A stretch of 57,947 nucleotides of DNA from a virus (Duplodnaviria; Caudoviricetes), in the IMG/VR virus record IMGVR_UViG_3300038317_000024, positions 1 through 57,947 of that record, one strand, 5' to 3'. Below are positions 17,821-26,980 of this stretch, piece by piece. Under the pieces are notes generated by a model. That model saw only the letters and a list, made by a program, of their open reading frames with translations, was not told the origin of the DNA and made no database searches. The position numbers were made by a program, and so were the translations under genes. How positions within the stretch are numbered: position 1 is the first letter of the stretch; every line of letters starts with the position of its first letter.

Positions 17821-18793
17821 ATCAAAGATAGAGTGGACGGACTTCACATGGAACCCAATAACAGGATGCCTTCACGGCTGCGAATACTGCTACGCAAGGA
17901 AGCAAGCGAGGCGCTTCTGTGGAGACATAAGACTAAACAAAGGATCCGACCAGCTGCAGAAAGACGAAAACGGACTTTATATTCTGGAGAAGCCATTCAG
18001 GAACAAAACATCAAACAAAGTAATACCAGATCCAGTAGGATTTGAACCGATCATGCATAAGTATCGCTTGGCCATGCCAGCGCAGAAAAAGAAACCAGCG
18101 AAGATTTTCGTAGTTTCCATGGGTGACTTATTCGGAGCCTGGGTACCAGACAGCTGGATAGAGGAAGTATTCAAGGCATGCGACGCAGCGCCATGGCACA
18201 CTTATATGTTTTTAACAAAGAACCCACGCAGATACATGGAATTGGCAGAGAAGGGCATCATCCGAACCGCCGACAACTTCTGGTACGGAAGCACGGCGAC
18301 AACACCGGAAACAGAATTCTTCTGGCACGACCAGCTGAACACTTTCGTAAGCATCGAACCAATACTCGCACCATTCCCGGACGCAATACACCCAGACTGC
18401 GGAATTCAAAAGGTTAAATGGGTAATCATCGGAGCAGAAAGCGGAAACCAAAAAGGAAAAACAGTGCCAGAGAAGGAATGGATCCGAGACATAGTCAAGG
18501 CGTGCTGGGCAACAAAGACGCCGGTCTTCCTAAAGGATAGCCTACAAGAAATATGGGGAGAAGATCTCATCCAGGAATGGCCAAAGGGAATGCCAGTAGA
18601 TAAAAGCAATGACGTACCACACTGCAAGGAATGCGAACACCACAGCACCACCCAGGAGGGAAATCGAGGGGAACGACATGAATGTGAAATAGGATGGGAG
18701 AGCTCCGGATACGACGACAGAGGATCCAGACACATACCAGGCAACGCAGCCAGAACCAGCCCGGCATGGTGCCCGAAACGGAAGGAGGAATGA
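17810..18793 (+). CDS. DUF5131 (Gp37Gp68) radical-SAM-like phage protein
   Basis: SKIEWTDFTWNPITGCLHGCEYCYA, SMGDLF, LTKNP, SIEP, WVIIGAESG. Confidence 0.85.
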   Translation: MMNKSKIEWTDFTWNPITGCLHGCEYCYARKQARRFCGDIRLNKGSDQLQKDENGLYILEKPFRNKTSNKVIPDPVGFEPIMHKYRLAMPAQKKKPAKIFVVSMGDLFGAWVPDSWIEEVFKACDAAPWHTYMFLTKNPRRYMELAEKGIIRTADNFWYGSTATTPETEFFWHDQLNTFVSIEPILAPFPDAIHPDCGIQKVKWVIIGAESGNQKGKTVPEKEWIRDIVKACWATKTPVFLKDSLQEIWGEDLIQEWPKGMPVDKSNDVPHCKECEHHSTTQEGNRGERHECEIGWESSGYDDRGSRHIPGNAARTSPAWCPKRKEE

Positions 18794-18796
18794 CAA

Positions 18797-19159
18797 ATGC
18801 CTTGCGAACCAATTATAAATAACGGAAAAGCTGTCGGCTTCATTTGTTCCAGATCCAGAGGGAAACCAAAGCCGCCTCCATGCTATAAATGCGGAAAGCC
18901 ATCAACCAAGTTATGCGATTTTAGGGATTATGGTACAAGAAAACGGAAAGACGACTACGGAAGGGAGCAAACGACAGAATGGACAGCGCTCGATACATGC
19001 GACAGGCCGATGTGCGATGAATGCGCCAACCACGTAGGAGAGGACACAGACTACTGCGACGAGCACAACAATCAATTAGCCATTCACAGAACCGAGCACG
19101 GAGAGAGAGTTCACCAGGAGCGCCTGAAGAAACTCGGCATATCAGAGGAGGAAGAGTGA
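18797..19159 (+). CDS. Cys-rich hypothetical protein
   Basis: RBS; CYKC..LCDF..TCDRPMCDEC. Confidence 0.65.
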   Translation: MPCEPIINNGKAVGFICSRSRGKPKPPPCYKCGKPSTKLCDFRDYGTRKRKDDYGREQTTEWTALDTCDRPMCDECANHVGEDTDYCDEHNNQLAIHRTEHGERVHQERLKKLGISEEEE

Positions 19160-19362
19160 TGAAAAGGCTGATTTATAAAACAAAGCGGTTCTTTCATTCA
19201 CTCAAAGTGAGATGGAAGTTAAGAAAATCATTCAAGATATGGCGAGATGCGTCGTACCATTTCCAAATGGCAGCATACGACATAGCGCAGAGAATAAAGG
19301 TAACCAACGAAGAGATTCAAAAGGCGTTGAGGAGAGCAACCGAAGAGAGGGGGAGATCGTGA
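19159..19362 (+). CDS. Small basic hypothetical protein
   Basis: GAGGAGG RBS; coupled to upstream stop. Confidence 0.5.
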   Translation: MKRLIYKTKRFFHSLKVRWKLRKSFKIWRDASYHFQMAAYDIAQRIKVTNEEIQKALRRATEERGRS

Positions 19363-19661
19363 TGGGAACAATAATCACCAATAAGGGGGTAGTATTATTG
19401 GCCGTAGCTGCAATAAGAACACTTGGCGTGAACAACGGTATAACAATCCAGGTAAACAACCAATTATATACAGTTAGGCCCCCGGAAGAACACGCACAAC
19501 TCCTCAAATGGCAACACTATGCCAAAAACGGGAAGAAAAAACGCATTAGGAAGAAGTACCAAAAAAAGATTCTTAAGTATGTGGCGAAGTTTGCAAAATT
19601 TCACGGGACAGAAAACCCATGGCCAAGCTTTAAACCAGAAGGAGGCAAAAACTATGATTGA
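19362..19661 (+). CDS. Hypothetical protein
   Basis: Coupled start; KKKRIRKKYQKKI motif. Confidence 0.5.
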   Translation: MGTIITNKGVVLLAVAAIRTLGVNNGITIQVNNQLYTVRPPEEHAQLLKWQHYAKNGKKKRIRKKYQKKILKYVAKFAKFHGTENPWPSFKPEGGKNYD

Positions 19662-20130
19662 ATACTGCGGAAACTGTAAAACAGGAGCAGAGACCCACGA
19701 ATTATACCCAGGGACATGCCCGTATTACAAAAAAACATCGGGCAAGCACTGTGCAAACCACATGCTACTACCATACAAGCCCAATGAAGGCCGCATGGTT
19801 TATATCGCCAGCGCCATGAGAGGAGATATAGAAGGCAATCTGAAGAAGGCAGCAGCATACTGCCACGCAGCAGCGGAAGCGGGAGCGGTACCAATCGCTC
19901 CCCACCTCTATTTTTCAGCATACCTGGATGACAGAGTACCCGAAGAGAGGGCTGCAGGCATGGAAATGGGGCTTCACATTTTGAGACGATGCGACGAGCT
20001 CTGGGTATTTGGAACACCAACCGAGGGAATGAAGGAAGAAATCAAACTGGCCAAGAGCCTACACATTCCGATCCTTTATATACCGGAGGAAATCATAAAT
20101 AGAATATTAGAGAGGGGACAAACAGCATGA
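19654..20130 (+). CDS. DUF4406-like (nucleoside deoxyribosyltransferase-like fold) protein
   Basis: VYIAS..GDIEGN..PIAPHLYF..CDELWVFG..GMKEEI. Confidence 0.7.
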   Translation: MIEYCGNCKTGAETHELYPGTCPYYKKTSGKHCANHMLLPYKPNEGRMVYIASAMRGDIEGNLKKAAAYCHAAAEAGAVPIAPHLYFSAYLDDRVPEERAAGMEMGLHILRRCDELWVFGTPTEGMKEEIKLAKSLHIPILYIPEEIINRILERGQTA

Positions 20131-20540
20131 ACAAAGTAATTTTAATGGGACGCTTGGCAGCGGATCCAGAACTTCGATACACAACCGGAGGAGTAGCGGT
20201 AGCTACCTTCACACTTGCAGTAGACAGACCAAAAGCGAAAGACAGAGACCAGGAGACAGACTGGCCACAAATCATAGCGTGGAGGCAAAAGGCTGAATTT
20301 GCAGCAACATACCTAACAAAAGGCAGGAAGGTACTCGTTACAGCAGCCGTAAGGACAAGAACATACGAGGACAAAGAAGGAAAAAAACACAAGATAACAG
20401 AGTTTCAAGCAGAGGATATAGAGTTCTGCGACAGCAAACCAAAAGGATCCTACGGAGACAACCAGGAGAGCAGCCCAGCAGACTTTGACTCACCAGAAGG
20501 ATTTATACCAGTAGAAGACGACGAAGATTTACCATTCTAA
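20127..20540 (+). CDS. ssb: Single-stranded DNA-binding protein
   Basis: MNKVILMGRLAADPELRYT..AVDR; C-terminal DDEDLPF. Confidence 0.95.
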   Translation: MNKVILMGRLAADPELRYTTGGVAVATFTLAVDRPKAKDRDQETDWPQIIAWRQKAEFAATYLTKGRKVLVTAAVRTRTYEDKEGKKHKITEFQAEDIEFCDSKPKGSYGDNQESSPADFDSPEGFIPVEDDEDLPF

Positions 20541-20558
20541 AAGAGGAGGAGGGATAAT

Positions 20559-21164
20559 ATGGCGATGGACAGCAAAGAGTCAATGGGAATTGTCGGGGCA
20601 AGTTTTGTCTGCTTGAGCACCAGGGTAATGGAGCTCGCAATCCAGAGAGGAATAGATACCGGCACCAAGGCTGCAATGGAATACATCATGGAAGAGAAGA
20701 AGACCCAACAGAAAGGGAGGTACGACAGGCGGCTCCGCAACACAAGACTGCTTTTGAAGAACTACCGCACGCTTAAGCAACACGCCCAGGGCGCTGTGTT
20801 CAACGCCAAAAAAGCAAAGGAGAACGCGGTAGACATTCTGGACGGTCTGGACAGCTTTCAATTTGACGACAACCTTTATATCGAGAGTATAAAGAGGAGC
20901 CAGCAGAGAACAATCATCATCCTGCGCCACATCGACGAGATGATGAAGTACTACAGGATAGCCTGCGAGGAGTCCGGACGCGAAGACGAGATGAGATGCT
21001 ACAGGATCATCATGGGCACATACATCGACGACGAGAAAAAAACAGCGGAGGAAATCGCAGAAATAGAAAACATAGAAAGGCGTACGGTTTATAAGAATAT
21101 AAACACAGCAATGAAGCCCCTGTCAGCCCTGATATTTGGCGTGGACAGCATCAAATTATACTGA
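20559..21164 (+). CDS. Probable late-gene transcriptional activator (C-terminal sigma70-r4-like HTH)
   Basis: RRLRNTRLLLKNY; TAEEIAEIENIERRTVYK; last gene of the early region. Confidence 0.65.
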   Translation: MAMDSKESMGIVGASFVCLSTRVMELAIQRGIDTGTKAAMEYIMEEKKTQQKGRYDRRLRNTRLLLKNYRTLKQHAQGAVFNAKKAKENAVDILDGLDSFQFDDNLYIESIKRSQQRTIIILRHIDEMMKYYRIACEESGREDEMRCYRIIMGTYIDDEKKTAEEIAEIENIERRTVYKNINTAMKPLSALIFGVDSIKLY

Positions 21165-21166
21165 TA

Positions 21167-21199
21167 CAAGCACCATGCAAGCAGGGGGCAATAACCGGG
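21167..21199 (+). repeat. Origin-type 11-bp repeats at the presumed late promoter
   Basis: CAAGCACCATG, CAAGCAGGGGG, CAATAACCGGG. Confidence 0.5.
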
Positions 21200-21254
21200 C
21201 ACTGTAAAGGCATTACAAATAAAATAAAATGATAGCGTGGAGGAGTGAAAAGAA

Positions 21255-22817
21255 ATGGCAAAAAAGAAGCCGAAGAATACCTTCATTGAGATTGACTACG
21301 AGACCGAAGCAGAACCAAGAGCTACCACACCGGACGGAATACCGGTGTTCTGTGCTTTTGATGAACTGGTACCGATTGAGAAGACAGTCCCGAACCCAAA
21401 GAACCCAAACCAGCACAACGAGAAACAGATCTCACTGCTGGGAAGCATCATCCAAGCAAACGGATGGAGAGCAGCAATAACCGTTTCAAAGAGGAGCGGT
21501 TTCATTGTTAAAGGACACGGTCGACGCCTCGCAGCACTTCACATCAAGAGCGGGCACGTTCCGGTAGATTACCAGGACTACGCAAGTGAAGCAGAGGAAT
21601 GGGCAGACCTTATAGCAGACAACAGACTGGCGGAGCTTTCCACATTGGACACAGCAATGCTAATTGATTTAATCGGGGACATGGACACCGGAGAAGTACC
21701 GGTGGAACTAACCGGTTATTCAGAAGAAGACCTGGCCGACATCATAGCAGCCATGGAAGGAGCCGACGATACCACAGACGACAAAGCGGACGCAGCTCCA
21801 GCAATACAAAACATACCGATGAGCAAAGCCGGTGACATTTGGAACCTTGGAAGCCATAGACTGGTATGCGGCAGCGCAACAGACAAAGCCACTATCGTGA
21901 AGTTGATGGCAGGAGAAAAGGCACAAATGGTCAACACAGACCCGCCATACGGTGTAAGTTATGAGACCCAGAGCGGCAAGTTCGACATGATCAAGAACGA
22001 CGACCTAACAGGCGACGACTTGATGGCCACACTGCTAATACCAGCGTTTAAGAATTACGTAGAGTTCACGGATCCAGACGCAGCCTTTTATATTTGGCAC
22101 GCAAGCAGCACAAGGCGAGACTTTGAAGACGCCATGACAGCTGCAGGGATCATCGAGAAGCAATACTTAATCTGGGTAAAAAACGGAATAGCCCTGGGAC
22201 ATGCAGACTATCAATGGGCACACGAACCGTGCTTCTACGCAGAGAAGGCAGGGCAAAGCGCACACTTCTATGGAGACAGAGCGCAGAGAACAACCTGGAA
22301 GGTAGTACTTCGAGACGCAGAACAGATGGCAACCGTCCTCACAGGAGGCGTCGTATTAACCGACGGAGCCGGAGGTAAAGTATTTCTTAATGACAAGCCA
22401 CCAAAGGGCAAGAAGATCCGTTATATTCGTTTGAGCGAAGGAAAGAGCGTCTGCCTTTATCCAGAGGAAAAAATATCAACCGTCTGGGAAGTGGCCAGAG
22501 AGACTGGCACAGAGCACCCAACACAGAAGCCGGTAGAGCTTGCAGTAAGAGCAATAGACAACAGCAGCCAGCCAGGAGACCTGGTGCTTGACTTCTTCGG
22601 AGACAGCGGCAGCACACTCATCGGATCTGAAATGACCGGAAGGCGCTGCTACACGACAGAGCTTGATCCAAGATACTGCGACGTAATCATAAACAGATAC
22701 GTGCGCTTCACAGGAAACCTCGGCGTCACATGCCAAAGAGGAGACCAGGAGCTGCAGTACATACAGCTCAAAGAAGAGAACGACAAGCTAAACAGCATTA
22801 CACCTGAAGAAGGTTAA
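21255..22817 (+). CDS. ParB-N domain / N6-N4 DNA methyltransferase fusion
   Basis: PNPKNPNQH..KGHGRRLAA..ADNRLAEL; TDPPY; HPTQKPV; DFFGDSGST. Confidence 0.88.
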   Translation: MAKKKPKNTFIEIDYETEAEPRATTPDGIPVFCAFDELVPIEKTVPNPKNPNQHNEKQISLLGSIIQANGWRAAITVSKRSGFIVKGHGRRLAALHIKSGHVPVDYQDYASEAEEWADLIADNRLAELSTLDTAMLIDLIGDMDTGEVPVELTGYSEEDLADIIAAMEGADDTTDDKADAAPAIQNIPMSKAGDIWNLGSHRLVCGSATDKATIVKLMAGEKAQMVNTDPPYGVSYETQSGKFDMIKNDDLTGDDLMATLLIPAFKNYVEFTDPDAAFYIWHASSTRRDFEDAMTAAGIIEKQYLIWVKNGIALGHADYQWAHEPCFYAEKAGQSAHFYGDRAQRTTWKVVLRDAEQMATVLTGGVVLTDGAGGKVFLNDKPPKGKKIRYIRLSEGKSVCLYPEEKISTVWEVARETGTEHPTQKPVELAVRAIDNSSQPGDLVLDFFGDSGSTLIGSEMTGRRCYTTELDPRYCDVIINRYVRFTGNLGVTCQRGDQELQYIQLKEENDKLNSITPEEG

Positions 22818-22836
22818 AATATAGCAATTAGAGAAG

Positions 22837-22870
22837 AGGCAGACCGCCGAAAAGATGGTCTGCCTTTAGT
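22837..22870 (+). terminator. Hairpin between methylase and terS
   Basis: AGGCAGACC 22837-22845 / GGTCTGCCT 22857-22865. Confidence 0.45.
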
Positions 22871-22897
22871 TATATCCAAAAGAAAGGAGGAAGCAAC

Positions 22898-23494
22898 ATG
22901 GCAAAGAAAAAGCCAATAGAACCAGAGAACCTATGGGATAGAATACCCGGAGAAACACCAAGGGAATACCAGAAGTTCTGTGCATTCAGAGACATGATCA
23001 GCGAGGACAAAGACCTGCGCAGCAGGAGAAGGAGTATCCCAAAGCTATGTGAACAGATAGGCTTTTCACCGGATCACCTCCGGAAGTTAAGCGCAAAGAA
23101 CGACTGGGTAAACAGAGCAGCAGCATACGACGCATACCTGGATGAACAGATCCGGGAGCAGAATGAAGCAGACATAATCAAAATGAAAAAAGACCATGCG
23201 CTGCTGGCCTCCCAGATGATAAAGAAAGCAGCCAAACGACTGCTAACCATACCAGAGGAGGAAATCGCGGCTTCCGACATCGTGCGCCTGGTCGATGTTG
23301 GAGTTAAAATCGAGAGATTGAGCCGAGGAGAGTCCACCGAAAATAGACAAATAAGCGGGGAGACAAAGGTAACTCACCAAGGCGAAATCAAAGTAAGGAG
23401 CCCAGGAGACCTCAACCTTTCCAGCTTGTCAGATGAGGAGCTCGTAGAGCTTGAACAGCTACTGGAAAAGCTACATACAGAGCCCGATATTTGA
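22898..23494 (+). CDS. Probable terminase small subunit
   Basis: WDRIPGET..F; W..RAAAYD; immediately upstream of and overlapping terL. Confidence 0.65.
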   Translation: MAKKKPIEPENLWDRIPGETPREYQKFCAFRDMISEDKDLRSRRRSIPKLCEQIGFSPDHLRKLSAKNDWVNRAAAYDAYLDEQIREQNEADIIKMKKDHALLASQMIKKAAKRLLTIPEEEIAASDIVRLVDVGVKIERLSRGESTENRQISGETKVTHQGEIKVRSPGDLNLSSLSDEELVELEQLLEKLHTEPDI

Positions 23495-24944
23495 TGTTGA
23501 CGCTCTGCAGGCGGCGCTTCAAAGGGAAAAGGCAGAGCGTAACCTTTCAGAGTACATCAAACAGGCGTGGAAGGTAATCGAACCAGGCACAACGTATGTA
23601 GACAACTGGCACATTGACCTGATAAGCGAATACCTGCAGGCAGTAGAAAACAGCGAGATATTGAGGCTTATAATCAACATCCCGCCTCGACACATGAAGT
23701 CCATACAGACAACGGTATGCTACCCGACATGGTCGTGGATCAAGAAGCCAGAGAAGCGCTTCATCAAGGTTTCATACAGCGACAGCTTATCCAGGAAGCA
23801 CAACGTACTATCAAGAGATATAATCACCAGCCCGTGGTACCAGGAGAACTGGGGAGACAAGTTCTCGCTTAAAGACGACGTGAACAGACAGAACGAGTTC
23901 AAGAACACCCACCACGGAATGATGTTCTCGACAAGCGTCGGCGGATCATTAACAGGTGAAGGCGGAGACGTAATCATCGTAGACGACCCACAGAACCCCC
24001 TAATGGCCAACAGTGAGGCTGAAAGAGAAGCGTCAATAGCTTTCTTTAAGAACACCCTTCAAACCCGTCTAAACGACCCAAAGAAGGGCGCAATCATAAT
24101 CATCATGCAGAGGTTACACGAGAACGACCTGACCGGCTACGTTTTAGCAGAGCAGCTGGGCTACGAGCATTTATGCCTACCTGCAGAGGCACCAGAGAAA
24201 ACAATAATAACCTTCCCGATAAGCAAGAAGGAAATCATCCGGGAAGAGGGAGACATCCTGAACCCACAGAGATATGACAAAGAAACACTGTCAGGCCTTA
24301 AGAAGTCCATGGGAAGCGTCCAATACGCTGGGCAGTTCCAGCAGACACCAGCGCCAGCAGAGGGCGTTATTTTTAAGAGAGAATGGCTGGGGAACTCATT
24401 CAAAGTGGTTCCATATCAGAACATGCTTATTCAGTCATGGGATATGGCATTCACTAAGAGCGAAGGCAGCGCCAAGGTGGCAGGCTTCGTCGTAGGAAGG
24501 CACGGCAGCGACATATACATTCACGACCTCGTAAACGAAAAGATGAGCTTCACAGAGAGCGTGACAGCCGTCCGGACACTTTCAGGCAAATGGCCAAAAG
24601 CCAGAGCGAAGGTAGTAGAGAATAAAGCAAATGGCCCGGCCATCGTTGACCTTTTGAAAAAAGAGATCCCGGGAATGGTAGAGTTCAACCCAAAGGGCAG
24701 CAAGGAGGAGCGTGCAATCAGCGTAACACCTTACTTTGAGGCGGGAAATATATGGTTCCCGGATCCAGCGACCCACCCATGGGTACACGATTTAATCAAC
24801 GACCTTTTGATATTTCCAAAGGGAACATACAAGGACACGGTGGACGCTTTAGTTCAGGCGATCCTTTATCTAATGGATAAGCCATCAATTACCGGCCCAC
24901 CAAAGACCGGAGGCCTTCAAAAGAACAGCTACTGGAAGAGATAA
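23451..24944 (+). CDS. terL: Terminase large subunit
   Basis: INIPPRHMKS, GDVIIVDDP, IMQRLHENDL, QQTP, SWDMAF, ENKANG, DTVDA. Confidence 0.92.
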   Translation: MNSYWKSYIQSPIFDVDALQAALQREKAERNLSEYIKQAWKVIEPGTTYVDNWHIDLISEYLQAVENSEILRLIINIPPRHMKSIQTTVCYPTWSWIKKPEKRFIKVSYSDSLSRKHNVLSRDIITSPWYQENWGDKFSLKDDVNRQNEFKNTHHGMMFSTSVGGSLTGEGGDVIIVDDPQNPLMANSEAEREASIAFFKNTLQTRLNDPKKGAIIIIMQRLHENDLTGYVLAEQLGYEHLCLPAEAPEKTIITFPISKKEIIREEGDILNPQRYDKETLSGLKKSMGSVQYAGQFQQTPAPAEGVIFKREWLGNSFKVVPYQNMLIQSWDMAFTKSEGSAKVAGFVVGRHGSDIYIHDLVNEKMSFTESVTAVRTLSGKWPKARAKVVENKANGPAIVDLLKKEIPGMVEFNPKGSKEERAISVTPYFEAGNIWFPDPATHPWVHDLINDLLIFPKGTYKDTVDALVQAILYLMDKPSITGPPKTGGLQKNSYWKR

Positions 24945-24947
24945 CAA

Positions 24948-25260
24948 AAAGCATGGTGCAAGCACCAGACAAGCACCAGACAATAATAGTACCAGCACTA
25001 CACCAGTACAGTAAAAGCACAGCCCGATGATGTGGAAATGATAAAAATGATAAATTCGATGATAAAAACGACAGAGCGTCGATCATTGAAAACGCGCTAA
25101 AAAGACATCAAACGAGGACTTGAAACACAGTAAATACAAGGGTTTGCAAAAAGCACCAGACAAGCACCGTGCAAGTACCATAAAGGCACAGTTCTTTCCG
25201 GGCTGGTACCCTATTACTGGTACCCTATTACCTATTACCTTTTACCTATCACTGTTAACA
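24948..25260 (+). repeat. Non-coding second copy of the origin repeat architecture
   Basis: Seven 11-bp units 24948-25024, four at 25150-25193 (CAAGCACCAGA type), then eight 7-bp units 25205-25260 (TATTACC/GGTACCC). Confidence 0.75.
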
Positions 25261-25328
25261 CCAAAAAAATGGTGAGAGGGAGAGAGGAGGAAAATAAAAA
25301 AAACAAATAACAGAGAGGAGCACTCACA

Positions 25329-25562
25329 ATGGATAGTAAAGCATTTCAATTAAGAGCACGCTTCATGCGAGAGGCGGAGGAAAAAGGAACAACAGCACAA
25401 ATGATGATAGCAGCCGTTAGATTACCAACCGGAGCCGTTGAGGTTATCACAAACACCGCGCTGATACCAACAAAGATAGAGTATTACAACACCGCATACG
25501 ATGAGGAGTTCAAGCTCAAAGCAAATCACAATGTCCAGATAGTGGGCTTCATGTTTGTGTAA
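25329..25562 (+). CDS. Hypothetical protein
   Basis: GAGGAG RBS; 77 aa. Confidence 0.65.
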   Translation: MDSKAFQLRARFMREAEEKGTTAQMMIAAVRLPTGAVEVITNTALIPTKIEYYNTAYDEEFKLKANHNVQIVGFMFV

Positions 25563-25597
25563 CCAAGGTACAACGGAGAAGGAGGTGAGAAGAGAAA

Positions 25598-26980
25598 ATG
25601 GGAAATAACAGCTTTAAAGAAATGGGACGCCTGGGCCAGAAGAGATACGGCGGCTTTTTTTACGAGGAGTTCTTAAAAGAGCTTCAGGGAAAGAAGGGCG
25701 TGGAAGTCTTCAGGGAGATGAGCGAGAACGACGATGTGATCGGTTCGATCCTTTATGCAATCGAAATGCTAATCAGGCAGGCAACATGGAACGTCCAACC
25801 GGCAGGCAGCACGCCAAAAGATGAAGAAGCAGCAGAATTCATATACCAATGCATGGACGACATGCAGGACACATGGACAGACACCATATCGGAAATCCTG
25901 TCCTTTTTGACGTTTGGATGGAGCGCTCACGAACTCGTATACAAACGCCGCGCAGGCAAGAGCAGAGATCCGAAGCTGAACAGCAAATACAGCGATGGAT
26001 TGATAGGATGGCAGAAACTACCCATTAGAGCACAGGAGACCCTGTGGGAGTGGATATACGATGATGGAGATAATCTCCTGGGAATGTCGCAGATGCCACC
26101 GCCAAAGTTTGAAATTCTTGAAATACCAATCGAAAAGTTGATGATATTCAGGACAAAGAGTAGGAAGGGCAGCCCAGAAGGAAGGAGCATTCTACGTAAC
26201 GCTTACCGCAGCTGGTACTTCAAGCGCAGGATCCAGGAGATAGAAGGAATCGGAGTAGAAAGAGACCTGGCCGGTTTTCCAGTGTTGACAGCGCCAGAAG
26301 GAATGAACATCTGGGACGACGACGATCCGGACATGGCAGCAATAAGAGCTGCGGCCGACGCAATCGTTCAAAATGTGAGAAGAGACAGCCTCGAAGGCTT
26401 ATCAATGCCATCCGGATGGAAGCTGGAGCTATTAAGCACAGGAGGACGCCGACAATTTGACACAAATGCAATCATCGAAAGATACGACACCAGGATAGCA
26501 ATGACAGTCCTCGCAGATTTTGTATTATTAGGCCACCAACAGGTGGGAAGCTTCGCACTTTCAAGCGACAAGACGGAACTCTTCGCAATGGCGGTAGGAG
26601 CATACCTGGACATTATATGCGAGACATTCAATAACAAGGCAATCCCGGCACTTATAGACCTAAACGGCGAACACTTCAACGGAATAACAGACTACCCAAC
26701 ACTTGAACATGGGGATGTTGAAGGAGCAGACATTCAGGCACTGGCGGCATACATCAAGGATATGACAGGCGTAGGCGTGCTGGTACCAGACGATGGAATA
26801 GAAGACTTTGTAAGAGAGGCAGCCGGACTACCAGAGAGACTGGACGACAGCATGGCACCAAACCCAAGGCAGCCAAAGAAAAAACCAGGAACAGAAGCAG
26901 ATCCAGACGACCTGGGAGAGCTTGACGACGACGAGGAAGCCGTGAAAAAGGCGAAAGAGAGACTGGGGAGGTATGATTAA
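25598..26980 (+). CDS. Portal protein (DUF935 / Mu gp29-like)
   Basis: FGWSAHELVY, PEGRSILRNAY, GVERDLAGFP, RYDTRIA, GSFALS; position after terL. Confidence 0.85.
   Translation: MGNNSFKEMGRLGQKRYGGFFYEEFLKELQGKKGVEVFREMSENDDVIGSILYAIEMLIRQATWNVQPAGSTPKDEEAAEFIYQCMDDMQDTWTDTISEILSFLTFGWSAHELVYKRRAGKSRDPKLNSKYSDGLIGWQKLPIRAQETLWEWIYDDGDNLLGMSQMPPPKFEILEIPIEKLMIFRTKSRKGSPEGRSILRNAYRSWYFKRRIQEIEGIGVERDLAGFPVLTAPEGMNIWDDDDPDMAAIRAAADAIVQNVRRDSLEGLSMPSGWKLELLSTGGRRQFDTNAIIERYDTRIAMTVLADFVLLGHQQVGSFALSSDKTELFAMAVGAYLDIICETFNNKAIPALIDLNGEHFNGITDYPTLEHGDVEGADIQALAAYIKDMTGVGVLVPDDGIEDFVREAAGLPERLDDSMAPNPRQPKKKPGTEADPDDLGELDDDEEAVKKAKERLGRYD

Noticed and set aside
17810-18793. DUF5131 protein as part of a DNA-modification cluster
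   Set aside because: No partner modification genes are recognisable nearby; this is a common stand-alone phage gene
24948-25024. Possible CRISPR mini-array
   Set aside because: Units are contiguous 11-mers without unique spacers and no cas genes are present
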